Shown: positions 50,693 through 64,000 of the stretch, one piece after another | How the letters are laid out: each line of letters opens with the position of its first letter | Position numbering within the stretch: position 1 is the stretch's first letter | Assembly (NCBI RefSeq): GCF_018350175.1 | Contig: NC_058368.1 | Location: 105,402,001-105,466,000 of the forward strand | Direction: 5' to 3' | DNA: 64,000 bases | Source of the DNA: Felis catus | Taxonomy: Eukaryota | The notes under the pieces: generated by a model | What the model saw: only the letters and a program-made list of their open reading frames with translations | What the model was told of the DNA's origin: nothing | Databases searched by the model: none | Translations under genes and position numbers: made by a program

Positions 50693-51220
50693 ATGGGAAT
50701 GGATAAAAAAGTGTTTTTCTGGTACCTGTCTTAGGTTCAATAGCCGGGGTCTTACAAATTAGACTGACAAGAGACAGGGTAACAAGAAAAAAAATCCAGA
50801 AGTTCATTAATGTATGCGTTGCACACAGCTCAGTGGTGAATAACTCAAACGAGTGGGTAGAAACTGGGCTTATACTGCATCTTGACAAAAGAAAACTAAA
50901 TTTCTAGAGAAGTGACAAGACAAAGGAAAAGGGTTTTAGGCTTGCAAGGGTCGCAAACTGTGAGAAGGTAAACACATCGGGGAAACTAAGAAGATAAAGG
51001 CTAGTTAGTAAGGTTTGTTATATAGATTCTTCTGTTGCCATTTCTGGGCAGGTAACAGTCTAGAATTATCTCCGGTGACTAAGAATTGTTCTGCCCTTCC
51101 CAAGTAGAGAGGGGGAAACCAGAGAGTTCTTCTTTGTCTGACTTATCTCCATTGCTTTCAGCTTAAAATAATCCATATGCCAGATTGGCATATTTTAGGG
51201 TGGCATACTCCATTCTTTCA
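50693..51220 (-). mobile_element. MER34-like ERV1 solo LTR
   Basis: Reverse complement starts TGAAAGAATGGAGTATGCCACCCTAAAATATGCC...GGATTATTTTAAGCTGAAAGCAAT. Confidence 0.85.
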
Positions 51221-51528
51221 GAAGGAAGTCCTCTTTTCTGACTGTAAGCTGTAAGGACAATGTCAGGAATGACTTATGGTATCTTTACTACCACATGGAG
51301 AAATTTTTCACAAATAAGAGAGAATTGATTCTAACTTAACATACAAAGAGAAAGAGAATCTAAAGATTGAGAAACAGTTCAGATTTTCATTCAACAAATA
51401 TTTATTTATGATATGTGTTGGCTGGTGACAGATGACTGACATTGAGCCCCTGGCTCTATCACTAGCGTCTACTAGAAGTTCTATAGTACTAGCTTAGGCT
51501 ATTTAATTCCATTTTTAGTTGGTTTTCT

Positions 51529-51684
51529 TTTTTTTTTTTAATATGGAATTTATTGTCACATTGGTTTCCATACAACACCCAGTGCTCATCCCAAAAGGTG
51601 CCCTTCTCAATACCCATCACCCACCCTCCCCTCCCTCCCACCCCCCATCAACCCTCAGTTTGTTCTCAGTTTTTGTCTCTTATG
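51529..51684 (-). mobile_element. 5'-truncated felid L1 (L1_Fc-type) 3' end
   Basis: Highly similar to 40683-40840; TSD ttggttttct. Confidence 0.92.
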
Positions 51685-52524
51685 CTTTGGTTTTCTATTG
51701 CTTGTAACCAAAAGCATCCTGAAAAGTATAATAATCATTTAACATATTTATAACACCAGAACCAATTTTTGAAGTTATAGAATAGCTCACCCCTTCCCAA
51801 CTCCTGTTCTTCTAACCATGGGTTTAAAATCTTTTTTTGTGTGTGTGAAATATAACATATACAGAAAAGTATACAAAACACTGTGTGTAACCACCTCCCA
51901 ATTCAAGAAATAGAATTTTACTAGCAACTCAGATGCTCTTTTGTACTATCGTCTCATCATTAATTCTTATACACCCATTGAAGGTAACCAGTGTTCTCTG
52001 ACTTCTGTGATAATCGGTTCCTTACGTTTCCTTATAGGCTTACCACCTCAGTGTAGATGTCTAAAACACAAAATTTGGCCTGTTTTTGATTTTTTATATG
52101 ATGGGAACTACAAAGTGTTTGTGTTTGACTTCTTTCAACATTACATTTGTGAGATCCATCAATGTCCTTGCATATAGCTGTAGCTAATTCATTTTCATTG
52201 TTGTATAATATCTTATTCTATGAATATGTAACAAGTTATTTATTCAGTCTATTGATAAACATGTGAATTGTTTCCACTTTTTGGCTACTGTGAATAATGC
52301 TGCTGTGGACATGCTTGTACATATCTCTTCATACACTTGGGCAAGCATGTCTGTTGGGCACATACCTAGCAGGAGAATCACAGAGTATCAAATATAATCA
52401 TGGTCAACTTGGAAAAATACTGTCAACCTGGTTTCCAAAGTGGGTATAAAAATCTAGATTCCTTCTAGCAATGGAAAGGAGTTCCTTTTGCTCTATATCC
52501 TCATTAAGACTTGACAGCTGCCTT

Positions 52525-52540
52525 CTTAATGTTTATTTTT

Positions 52541-52571
<31 letters not shown>

Positions 52572-52745
52572 AGAGTGCACAAGCAGAGGAAGGGCAGAGA
52601 GATACAGGGAGACCCAGAATCGGAAGCAGGTTCCAGGCTCCAAGCTATCAGTACAAAGCCCAACATGGGACTCAAACTCACGAATTGTGAGGTCACGGCC
52701 TGAGTCAAAGTCAGATGCTTAAGCGACTGAGCCACCCAGGTGCTG
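52525..52745 (-). mobile_element. CanSINE inside L1
   Basis: TSD agctgccttcttaa. Confidence 0.95.
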
Positions 52746-55377
52746 ACATTAGCTGCCTTCTTAACTGTGCCTATCTAGGTAGGTGAGTAGGAATTTCACT
52801 TTGATTTTAATGAACACTAACACAATGACTAATGAAATTAACTATTTCTTGGTAGTTTACTGGCCATTTGGATACCTCTTTGTTCAAGCCTTTTGCCTAA
52901 TTTTCTATTTTGTTGTTTTGGCATTTTCATTGTGATTTGAAGGGAGATTCTCAGTGTACCTGAATAAAAGCGTTGCAAATATGATCTCCCAGTTTGTCTT
53001 GACTTTTCACTCTTCTAATGGTGTATTTTCATGAGCAGAAGCTCTTAATTTTGACTTAATTTGACTTTACAATTAGCGTTCTTTGTGTCATGTGAAAAAA
53101 GTCATTCCCTACCGTAAGTTCAAAAAAATATTCTCCTTTGTGATTTTCTGGAAGAATTGTTACTGCTCTAAAATCCATCTGAGTTGATATCTGTGTAAAA
53201 TGTTAGGAAAGGATCATTTATCTTTTCCATGTGGAAATTGACTTGTGAAGTACCATATAATGAGATGATCCTTCCTCCACTATAGTGCAGGGACATGTTT
53301 TTCGGTTTTGTTTTTTTTTTCCCTAAATCATGTGCACGTGTGTGTGGGTGTTTGGGATTTCTATGTTATAAGTCTATTTTGTGCCAATACATCATAGGAT
53401 TAATTACAATAACTTCCTAATAAGTCAAAAAGCTATTCAGATAGGTTCTTCCACCTTGTTCTTTATGTGTATTTTGACTATTCTTAACCTTTTGCACTTC
53501 CATATGTTATTTTAGAATCACCTTGTCACTTGTGCTGATCCCCACTTAAGTATCCCATGTAACAAAGCTGGTTAGGATTCAGACTGGAATTATACTGAAC
53601 CAATAGACCAATTAAGGAATAATTATCTTCTTCATAACATGGTAGTCTTCCAATTTATGGGCAAAACATAGCCTTGTTTCTTTAGGACTTCTTTAAGGTC
53701 TCTAATAAAATGTGGTAAGTTTCCTGCATGGTATGCTTGCACATCTTTAGTTAGATCTAATCCATGGTTCTTTTTAATGCTGTTTTAAGTAGTAACATTT
53801 AAAAAATTATTTTTTTTCTGATTTTTTACCAGTATATAGAAATGCAGTTGACTTTTGCATATTGAGTGTATATCTAGCAAACTTGCCAAGCTCACCTTTT
53901 ATTTCCAATACTGTAACTGTAGATCCTCTTGGATTTTCTCTACAACCACATGAATTCGGACTATGAACAATGACAGTTTTAGTTCTTCCTTTCAAGTATT
54001 CCTTCATTCATTCATTTTACTTATTGTTTTGCTGGCTATAATTCCTATACAATGCTGAATAAAAGTGTTCAGCATAATAACATTCAATTCAATATAATAA
54101 AAGTATGTGATATTCTTGTTTCCTATCTCAAAAGGGAAGCATTCCATATTTTAGGTATAAATATAATGCTTAATGTAGGTTTTTTACAAATGTTTTATCA
54201 GATGAAAGAAGTTCCTTCTACTTTTAGTTTACAAAATGTTTTATTCACAAATAGACGTTGAACTTTTCTGCATCTATTGAGATTATGATACAATTAACTA
54301 TTCTTTATTCTGTTAATCTGGTTATTTATATTACATTTCTAATATTAATTCAGGATTTAACTCATGAAATGAACACAATGTGGTCATCATGCATAAAATT
54401 TTGCATTAATATTGATATATTATCTATGTGTGAGATAGGATTTTTAATTTCCTTTCTTATTATCTGCTTGTAAGGTGCGAGTACCAAGATTGGTCTGGCT
54501 TCAGAAAACAAGTTGATGTTTACTCTTTTTGTCTTCTCTGAATGATCTTGTGTAATATTGGCATATTACATTGGCATATTCTACTTTGGTAGAAGCCTGG
54601 CCCTAGAATTTTCCTGTCAATGTAGTGATTTGGGTCAAGTTGGCTAATCTTGTTCACATCTTCTACACTTCTGCCGAGCACACATTACACACTTTTTAAA
54701 TTTGCTTGTTCTGTTACCAAGAGAGGTGTGTTTTTGAATCTTAGTTCTTTAGTTAACATCAATTTATGCTTTATATATTTTGATGCTATATAATTACACA
54801 TAAATATTTTTATATCTTCATGATGGATTAAAATGTTTATTATAATGAAGCATACATGTTGTTTCTAATAATACCTTTTACCTTGAAGTGTACTTTCTCT
54901 GATATTTATATCATTACCTCAGCACCCTTTGGTCAGTGTTTGCATTTTTTCTATTCTTTTAGTTTTTTTGCATCCTCACATTTTTAAATACCATGCTTGT
55001 AAACAGTACAACATTGAGTTTGTCTTTTAATGAAGCACTTAGCTCTTCTACATTTAATGCAGTTAATGGTATATTTATGTTTAAAATTATTTTAGGTAGT
55101 GTTTCTATTTATCTTGTATCTCCTTTCAGCCTTCATTTGGGTTTTTTATTTCATTTTGCCCTCTGTATTACCCTGAAGGTTATATAGTCTTTGACTATTT
55201 TTGTAAGAATATTCCTAATGACTGGAACTCATATGATTGAATTATCAAAGTCTACTGTTATTTAATAGATTCACTCTCTTCACAGAAAAGGCAAAGTCCT
55301 TAGAAAACTCACTTAACACCTGACTTATATCCCATTCTTGTAGGTATTTTAATTGTCTCTATATTTCCCCCTAAGAC

Positions 55378-55378
<1 letters not shown>

Positions 55379-55422
<44 letters not shown>

Positions 55423-55437
55423 GTTATTATTATTATT
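55379..55437. repeat. (TTA)n microsatellite
   Basis: Direct reading. Confidence 0.95.
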
Positions 55438-55734
55438 GCTTTATACTACCAGTATTTTTATATTCCCTTCCCCCATATTTGCCACTTTCATTGTCTTTCT
55501 TTCCTTCCTGCATCTTCAACCTTCTGAAATCATTTTACATGTATCTAAGGAACTCTCTTTAGTATTTCCTTTAATTCAAGTCTGATAGTGAATTCTCTTA
55601 ATTTTTGTTTGTATGAAAATGTCATTTTGAAAGGATGTTTTCATTGGATATATAATTCTAATTTGGTAGTAATTTTCCATGAACACTTTGAAAATGGTAT
55701 TCTGTTATTTCCTAGCTTATTTATTTTTATTAAA

Positions 55735-56362
55735 ATGCCAACTCTTGGAAAGCAGTTGAATGCTTGTTAAAAAAAAAATAAACATAGAATTACCATTTGA
55801 CCCAACAATTACACTCCTAGGTATACACCCAACAGAACTGAAAACAAGTACTCAAACAGATACTTGCACATCACTGTTTAGAGTAGCATCATGCATAATA
55901 GCAAAAGATCCAAACAACCTATGTGTGTATCAAACAATAGATGAATAAACAAATGTGGTATATACATACAATGAAATATTATTCACTCATGAAAATTAAT
56001 GATGCTCCGATATATGCTGCATCCTGGATAAACCCTGAAAATGTGCTAAGTACAATAAGCCTGTCAGAGAAGAACAAATAAGGTATGATTCCATTTAAAT
56101 TGAATATTTATAACAAGCAAATTTATAAGGACAGAAAGTACAATAGACATTAGCAGGGTCAGAGCGGGGGGAGAAGAGAATGGAGAGTAAATTTTTCAAC
56201 CGGTACATAGCTTTGGTTTGAGATGATAAAAAGGTCTGCAAATGGAAAGCAGTAATGGTTGCACACCATTCTGAATGTCATTAACACCACTGCATTGTAG
56301 ACTGAAAAAGTTAAAATGGTAAATTGTATGTTACATATATTTTACCACAATGAAAAACAAAA
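55735..56362 (+). mobile_element. L1MB-like 3' end inserted antisense into the older L1
   Basis: ORF 55760-55948 IELPFDPTITLLGIHPTELK...DTCTSLFRVASCIIAK matches the L1 ORF2 C-terminus; ends ttttaccacaatgaaaaa. Confidence 0.88.
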
Positions 56363-58039
56363 AGTCAGCTCTCAAACTGCTTGTTGCTCTTTAATGCAAT
56401 ACTTCCCCGCCCCTCCTCGCCCCCCGGCCCAGCTGCTCTAAAATGTTGTTTTTGTTTTTGAGCTTCTTTTTTTTTTCTTTTGCTTTGATGTAGTTCTATT
56501 TTTGTTCTTCTTGCCTACAGTTCCTAAGCACCTTGAAACTAGAGCATCATGTCTTTATTAGCTTTGAAAAGTTCTTGGTCGTTATCTCTTCAAATATGGC
56601 TTTTGTTCCTCTCTTCCTTTCCTTGCATTCTGGGACTAAGAATCTGAGACATTCTCACTAGAATGAGATACTATTTCCCATCCTTTTCTCTCTCTAAACT
56701 TTATTTTGGATACTTCAATTTTACTAATTTTCATCTCAACTGTTTCTAACTTTTCCATGCTTCATTCTGCAGTTTGTGACCTATATTCCACTTCACAAAA
56801 TCTCTACATGATGTGTCTGTCTATTCAGTTCTTAATTTCAGTTCTGTTTTCAATTCTAGAATTTCTAGTTGTTTCTTCTTAATTTTTAAATTTTTAATCT
56901 TTTACTCTCATGAAAAGTAGTAAGTACAATCAGATAAATACAGCATGTGTCTGGTAACTTCAATGTGTACAAGTTCCTGTGTAACTCTTCTACTGTTTCT
57001 ATTGCTTTTTTACAATACATCTATTTTTTATCCCTGTTGTCTTGCTTCCTCACACAAAATTGTTTGTAGAAATAATCCTGGGAATACTGACAATCCAGGA
57101 TCACCTCAAAACAATCACAGACAGAGGATTTCAAGCTGGTGGTAGTCCCTGAAAACATTTGTCTCCTTTCTGGCTCTCTTTTTCTTCTAAGCGATACTTG
57201 GTTCCCAACTTGATAATGAACAAATAGTTTACCACCATCTCTGTTTGGTGGGAGCCTTGGATACTCATCTCTATGCATTTAAGGGCTTACTCTAGGCTGC
57301 AAAACCATGAGCCAGCCACTTCATTTCTGTTCCTAGCAGAAAAGTAGCCCCAGTGCCTGGCCATTTCCTTAGTTCTCATCCCTCCCCCAGATCCTAGCTT
57401 GATAATTCATCATTATGTTGTTAACTTTGAGATACCCACATGCTTTTTTTTTCTTAAATAGCTTTTTAAGTTGTTCTAGAAGGAAGGTTGATTAAAATTC
57501 TCCAACATATCAATACTTAGATGACGAATTTAGACCCAATGTTTCATACTCTTTGAGAAATTCCATTCACACAAAACTTAACAAAGAACCTCATGGGTAA
57601 AAGTTTGACTGCATTCAGAGGAATAAATTATCCATTTTTAGAGTAAACCCTCCCAAAACTTCAATGTAAATTTTTTACTGTGAGTAGTGTGTTATAGAAG
57701 GGACAAGTTGCCTGTCACCTATTGTTAGCATCAAATAAATCAGAGCTATTTGGCTCACAGACCAAGATTTCTTACTCTGATTTCCAAGAGTGAGATTAAG
57801 GATGAAAATGTTCCAGAAAAACTACTTAGGAAGACCTTCCTTTTTCTTTTTATTATCTAATTAATTTTGCACATTTTATTTCCCAGCAGATATGCAGCAG
57901 CTCAAGCTTCATTTTCTTATCAACTATTATAAAAGCATGTGTGAAGAGCAACCCGTAATAATTTTGAGAAAGTTTCTGGGAGACTTGGTAGGAAAGCAGA
58001 ATAGCCATTTAATCCTGTGTTCTATACCAGGGGCCTATC

Positions 58040-58231
58040 AGGGCTCTACATCAGCAACATACAGACCCTCAGTGAGATCAAGGCCAAAGAGTGTTTTGGT
58101 ATGGCCTGCAAGTTATGAATGGTTTTTGTATTTTTAAAGGGCCATGCACACACCCACAAAAAATCAAAGCAGCACATGTAACAGGTAACATACATTATCC
58201 ATCTATTTACAGAAAAAGTTTGCTGATCTCT
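58040..58231. mobile_element. MER58-like hAT-Charlie MITE
   Basis: gaatggtttttgtatttttaaa and tttacagaaaaagtttgctgatctctg end. Confidence 0.7.
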
Positions 58232-58255
58232 GTTCTATATCATCTTGCCAAGACG

Positions 58256-58710
58256 TTGTGAAGGTTCTGAGAATTTTACCCTATTTGCAAGCTAACAATT
58301 TAGCTTGTATCATTTCATGGATGGTGGCAGAAGACATGAGACTCTAGGGTCAGAAACAAAAGACTTTATTTTTCACAGTAATAGCAGTCACGAGATAATC
58401 AGCATTTACATCAGTTCCCTAAGCCCCAATTCCCACAGGGCAACATGAAGAGAGCCAGGTAAAACCTGCACACACAGTGGCTATGTTACAAGAGAGGAAT
58501 TCAGGGAACCTGAGCTTAAGGAACCTGAACCTTCTATAATGGGCAGTTGAGCATACCTGCTCTACTCCCAAGGAGACATTATTTCAATATTCAAAGGCTG
58601 GTTGCTATACAAGCATTCAAGAAAAAGAGTCTGGAACAAAGGCAGTCCATGTCTCTGCTTGCAAGACATGTAGGAACACAAGAGATCCAGGGAGAATGGT
58701 CTTCCAATAA
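58256..58710 (-). mobile_element. ERVL-class LTR (MER74/MER76-like)
   Basis: ggcagaagacatgagactctagggtcagaaacaaaagactttatt motif (polyA signal on the minus strand). Confidence 0.6.
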
Positions 58711-59783
58711 ATCTAAGCTTGTTATCTACAGCTACCACCTTCAGCATGTTATGGTATAGCTTTATCATTCCAAAAGTTGACCTGAGCCAAAAAAAACTGT
58801 TAAAGTATTTTCAGTATTCTCTTAAAAACCAGAGGAAACATATACACATAGAAATTTCTTAAAGCAGTTTAAAACCTTAACATTTAAAAAACTATTTTCG
58901 GCTACCTCAAAATTTCTGATATTCAGAAAGGTTTATTTCTGACAGGGTCCAGGGAACTGATGAATTACTCTATATTTACCTTCTAACTACCTTCTTAACT
59001 GACTCCTACATTTTATTTAGTAGAGGCATAATTTAGTGTTCAACTTTTAGTACTACAGCCCAAAATGTTTTTAAGTTATCTGAGAATTAATGAGAAATAT
59101 ACATTTTAGATAAGAAATTCAAACATATTAAGGATACTTTTAATGTATGATTTAATCTGTATTATAGTTTTATTTACTTTCTTGAAGTAGAGCCAAATAA
59201 GTAGTTTTCTCACAGCACTATAAATGCAACCATATTTAAGATTAAGATGCAGTTTAAAAAAAAATCGTAAGATAAAGTTTTACAAGGCTATAAACTAAAT
59301 AACATTCAGTTAAATACATAGCAAGCTGCTTTATTGAAAACAATAAGCTTTGTGAAATTGGGAATCTTTTAGAGAATCTGGGTCATCTTTAAACGACAGA
59401 TATGGGACAGTTACAATTCCCTCAGTCCAACATGAAACTTTCTTAACCCCAAAACCAGAACTATGAGGTCTAATCTAAACTGGCCTGAGGCTTCCATTAT
59501 ACAGGCCTGAGCTGAAGAACTCTGGAGAAAGTAAGGTTAGTTTGAGGCAATACAGAATCATGTGTTTCCAAATAAGAGGAACTATCTGGTGGCTTTGAGT
59601 TCCTAGCCTACTGAACAAAAGCCAAATATAAGACTTGATGTTACACTAGCTAATTTTACACAGTAAATTATAGGAAGCTTAAAAATATATATGAAACAGG
59701 AATGTAAACTAAAAATGTTTTGCATGGTTGGTTGCTACCCACTACTTATAAGTGTCACTATTTAGTCTTGTTCAGTCACATAC

Positions 59784-59985
59784 TTTTTTTTTAACAGCTT
59801 ATTTATTTTTGAGAAAGAGTTGGGAGGGAGGGGCAGAGAGAAAGAGGGAGGCACAGAATCTGAGGCAGGGTCCAGGCTCCAAGATGTCAGCAGAGAGCCT
59901 GATGTGGGGCTCGAACTCATGAAGCGTTAGATCATGAGCTGAGTCGAAGTTGGATGCATAACCGACTGAGTCACTCAGACGCCCC
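59784..59985 (-). mobile_element. CanSINE
   Basis: Reverse head gagtcactcagacgcccc. Confidence 0.93.
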
Positions 59986-60971
59986 AGTCTCTTATCTTAA
60001 TTTGGATTAAACTACAAGTCATTTTAGCTTAGAACTAAGTCTGAGCTAGGTTCACATGGATTGTTTTTATATACGCAAATAATAACTCATTTGGTTGTCC
60101 TTAAGTGTATTGAGAGTCTTCATCTACTGTCTTTTAAATATTCTATTAAAATATCTATTATAGGCTTTCTAAGGCAAACATAAACTCCACATAAGTCAAT
60201 TTCATTTCATTTACTGTAAGACAAAGCTTAACCATGAATAAATTGGTATTAGAGATGCTTAAACTTCTGACAGCATTTGATACAGTGTTTCAGATGAAGT
60301 GAGGACATGTAAATTGAAGGAAGGTTGGAGAGAAGGTATTTTCTAACTTCTTAGAGTATATACTTCATGTCTGGTAAGACACTGTCCTTTACTCATAGCC
60401 CTTGCCTACCCATAGACTTTTAGGACCAGTGAAGGAAGAAAGAGTAGTCATTTAAATGTTAAAGAGATTTTTGTTTAAAGTGATTACATTCATCATATTC
60501 ATGATCTACAGTGGTTCCTAGATGAAGTTCACACTTAACATGTCTTTGCAAAAGAGAGAAAAAAAAGGCTGAGCTATATGTGAGGTAAATTTAGCTATCT
60601 TTATATATATTTACAAAGCAAATGACAACATATGAAATAGGCTTCTAAGCAATTCGCATGTACAACCTGAAAATCATAAAGAAGATTAAAATTTATGTAC
60701 AAAAAAATTAGAAACAAAGGGTAAAAATTAAACACAAAATAGTAAAAGTATTTGCAACACATAATAGGCAAAAATGTTAGTATCTTTAATTTGTAAAAAG
60801 TTTTACAAATCACTAGGAAAATATGCACTGGCCCAATAGAAAAATAGGCAAAGGATATTAACATGCAGTTGACAAACAAATGGAATCATGTTCAACTTCA
60901 CTCATAATTAAATAAATGCAAACCCAAACAAATTATATTTTCAACTATCTGAACAGCAAACAAAGTATTCT

Positions 60972-61181
60972 GGGGCACCTGGGTGGCTCAGTCAGTTAAG
61001 CATCTGACTTCGGCTCAGGTCATGATTTCATGGTTCATGGGTTCAAGCCCCACGACACGGTCCGTGCTGACAGCTCAGAACCTGGATGGAGCCTGCTGCA
61101 GATTCTGTGTCTCCCTCTCTCTCTGCCCCTCTCCAGCTTGCTCTGTCTCTCTCTCTCTCTCTCTCTCTCAAAAATAAACAT
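60972..61181 (+). mobile_element. CanSINE
   Basis: ggggcacctgggtggctcag head; short TSD tattctg. Confidence 0.95.
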
Positions 61182-61665
61182 TATTCTGATAATATACAAT
61201 GCTGACAAATAGTCATTGATTAAAAGGTAAATTGACACAGTTTTCTGGAGGGCAATTTTGCAGTATTTAGATAAATTTAAAATGCTTACACATTCTGAAC
61301 CAAAACTCTACAATTAAAAATATATCCAATGAATAAGTTCTCAAATATTATGAGGTATGGGTTCGATCTGTGCTGACAGCTCAGGGCCTGGATGGAGCCT
61401 GCTTCAGATTCTGTGTCTCCCTCTCTCTCTGTCCCTCTCCAACTCGCTCCATGTCTCTCTCTCTCTCTCTCTCAAAAATAAATAAACATTATTCTGATAA
61501 TATACAAAGCTGACAAATAAGCATTGATTAAAAGGTAAGTTGACACAGCTTTTTGGAGGGCAATTTGCAGTATCTAGGAAAATTTAAAATGCTTACACAC
61601 TCTGAACCAAAATTCTACAACTAGAAATATATCCAATGAATAAGCTCTCAAATATTACGAGGTAT
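61037..61665 (+). repeat. Tandem duplication, about 310-320 bp unit (SINE 3' part plus L1 flank)
   Basis: Copies 61037-61358 and 61357-61665 share private cctggatggagcct and ataaacattattctgataatatacaa...tcaaatatta(t/c)gaggtat. Confidence 0.95.
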
Positions 61666-62129
61666 ATATTTCAGGGTATTTACAGATCCATCATTGGTAA
61701 CAATAAAAACTTGGACATGCCCTAAATATCTGTCAATCAGTCTGCCTGGTTAAATAAATCACCATATACCCAACCAATGCAATATTATTACATTATTAAT
61801 AATATGTTAATATAACATACCATGTGTGACACATAATGTATTTTTTAATTATATGTTAATAAATATCATTCACATTAAGATACCTTTTTAAACAAATGAC
61901 TGGAAAAGAAGTGAATTCCATTTTTTCTAAATGGTATTTTAACTTTTATTTTATAATAAAATACAATACCATAAAGTTTGTTTTCCTCACTCGAGAAACT
62001 TTCAGCAAATATCTGAAGAGATGGTAAAGAACCTTAAAAATAATGCCATTCTTGGTACAACCACTTCACTTGGACAAGACTTTGTCATTCATGGTTTCTA
62101 TCTTCTATAGATATATGGTGATCTATCAA

Positions 62130-62700
62130 AGGTAAAAAACATACCTTGTGAACCAGCAATATTGTCCTAAATATAGACCCTACAAAAACTTAGACACATA
62201 TTCACCATGGCGTGTAGAGTAAAATGTTCACAGAGCAATGTTCACAACAGCAAAAATGCCAAAAATGAACCCGGAAACCACCAAAATATTCATGAACAGC
62301 AGAATGGCTCCATCAATTGTGGTATATCCATCCAAGCTAATACTACAATGTTGTGAAAATAAATGCACAACACATACAACAACATGAATCAACTGCACAA
62401 ACAGATGCTAAGATGAGGCAAGACACAAAAAAGCCCCTGCAGTATGAATCCATTTATATTGTTTGGGGATGCATATGTATCCAAAAAAGCAAGGAAATGA
62501 CTCTCACTCTACGTGGAAGTAGGACAAAAGGGTTGTGATCTGGAAGGGACATACTTGGGGGTTTCTGGGGAATGGGCAATGTTATGTTTCATGACTTAGA
62601 TGGTGACTTATACAGATAACTTGCTTCGTAACTTTTATCAAAATGTATGTATGTCTTCAACGCTTCCCTATATATGTGTTATATTTCATAAGAAAAACTG
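62130..62700 (+). mobile_element. Old L1M 3' end
   Basis: aaaatgttcacagagcaatgttcacaacagcaaaa, aattgtggtatatccat and gggcaatgttatgtttcatgacttagatggtg. Confidence 0.75.
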
Positions 62701-63041
62701 CAAAAATAACACAAAGCGTTCCAAACTATTCTGCATCAAAACTATGGTTCACACAGACCAACAATGATTCCAAAGGATATCTTATGCTAGTTGCCAAGGA
62801 GTCAAAGGCTTGCAGAATGAATTCTAAGGTTTAGGCATTTATAATCCCAAAATAAAGTACAGAGAAACTGAATATGAAAATGTGTTCAAACCATCACAAT
62901 AAAAATCAGTACCAGTACTAAGAACAGATTCTGCATTTAGATGAGAATATAGAATTTCTGATTCCTTCTTCATGATTAGATCTTTAATATTCATTCCTAA
63001 ATCAGATATAGGTCATTCTTTTTCAAGATACTATATTTCCT

Positions 63042-63248
63042 GGGGCGCCTGGGTGGCTCAGTCAGTTGAGTGTCCAGCTTCAGCCCAGGTCATGATCTCG
63101 CGGTTTGTGAGTTCAAGCCCTGCATCGCGCTCTGTGCTGACAGCTCAGAGCCTGGAGCCTGCTTCAGATTCTGCGTCTCCCTCTCTCTTTCTGGCCCTCC
63201 CCCCTTCATGCTCGGTCTCTCTCTGTCTCAAAAATAGACATAAAAAAA
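63042..63248 (+). mobile_element. CanSINE
   Basis: TSD aagatacta(t)atttcctg. Confidence 0.96.
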
Positions 63249-63324
63249 AGATACTAATTTCCTGATGAATTTACTTCATAAATTGCAAATCCACTTAAAC
63301 ACTCATACTAATGTATACTTCCAG

Positions 63325-63520
63325 AGGACATGGGTGGCTCAGTCAGCTGAACGTGTTTGACTCTGGATTTCTGCTCAGGTCATGATCTCACAGTTCACAG
63401 GTTCCAGCCCTGTATCAGGTTCCACGCTTACAGTGTGGAGCTGGCTTGGGATTCTCTCTCTCCCCCTTTTCTCTGCCCCTCCCCTGCTCTTTCTAAAAAT
63501 AAGTAAATACACTTTATAAA
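63325..63520 (+). mobile_element. CanSINE
   Basis: gggtggctcagtcag head, CT tract, A tail. Confidence 0.93.
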
Positions 63521-64000
63521 AATTATAATAATATATCCTTCATTATTGCTCATATTCACCTAAACTGCACAGAAAGAATCTGAGAGCTGAACAAAAGAAC
63601 TATATGAAACATGCCCAGAGAATTAAACTCATCTGGTTAAAAAAAAATCTCTTTTCAACTCACACATCATATTCAAGTATGTGGTAGTAGAGATGGTGGA
63701 GGAGGAAGACAAGATCTGAAGTGCTATGGCATGCACACGTGCACGCATATACACCATTTTGTAAGGGGAAAACTCCTTCAAAATGTTAGCTATGTGTTAA
63801 TTTTCACTTGATGTTTCTAGGTACATCTTCGGTTCCGTATTCAATATAACCACCATTTTAATACTAGTATTAAGATGTTTTATAGCCCTTTAAAATGCAT
63901 GTGTCTACCCACTAGCAGGACTCCTCATAGAAAATATCAGAACTCCACAGGTTTTGGCTGGTCACATGAATGCCGAGTAAAAGTTATTTCCCAACCTGCT

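Larger units (their letters stand above)
50575..51722 (+). mobile_element. Old MLT1 (J/K-like) LTR broken by later insertions
   Basis: gcacatgactcag, gacattgagcccctgg and ttttctattgcttgtaaccaaaagcatcctga end motif. Confidence 0.55.
51835..57480 (-). mobile_element. Large degraded L1M element with nested insertions
   Basis: L1 3'UTR motifs near 51840-52500; ORF 53807-54007 reads ENPRGST...GKFARYTLNMQKSTAFLYT, matching L1 ORF2 ENP...SKVSGYKINVQKSQAFLYT. Confidence 0.85.
60640..61900 (+). mobile_element. Old L1ME-like fragment containing a SINE and a tandem duplication
   Basis: cccaatagaaaaataggcaaaggatattaacatgcagttgaca and atgttcaacttcactcataattaaataaatgcaaa. Confidence 0.8.

Noticed and set aside
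53807..55948. ORFs with L1 ORF2 similarity
   Set aside because: Short, disrupted fossils of old L1s; not functional CDS

Overview
AT-rich mammalian non-coding DNA (intergenic or deep intronic), almost certainly from a felid. It carries about 30 tRNA-derived CanSINEs, including very young SINEC_Fc-type copies with perfect target-site duplications (TSDs), and two short L1_Fc-type 3' ends. An older eutherian repeat layer is also present: MIR, L2, L1M, MLT1 MaLR LTRs, MER34-like and other ERV LTRs, Zaphod, MER53, MER5 and MER58 DNA transposons. I recognise no protein-coding gene, RNA gene or CRISPR array. The supplied ORFs are repeat-derived or chance; two are L1 ORF2 fossils. The best leads are two weak, phase-compatible candidate exon chains in CpG-enriched unique sequence (minus strand 11301-11380 to 7493-7631; plus strand 34702-34848 to 35511-35632). 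Others are two local duplications, nested insertions, two L1 fragments truncated at essentially the same point, and possibly polymorphic young SINEs. Repeat subfamily names come from remembered consensus motifs and need RepeatMasker/Dfam confirmation; boundaries without TSDs are approximate. I see no convincing novel biological system.
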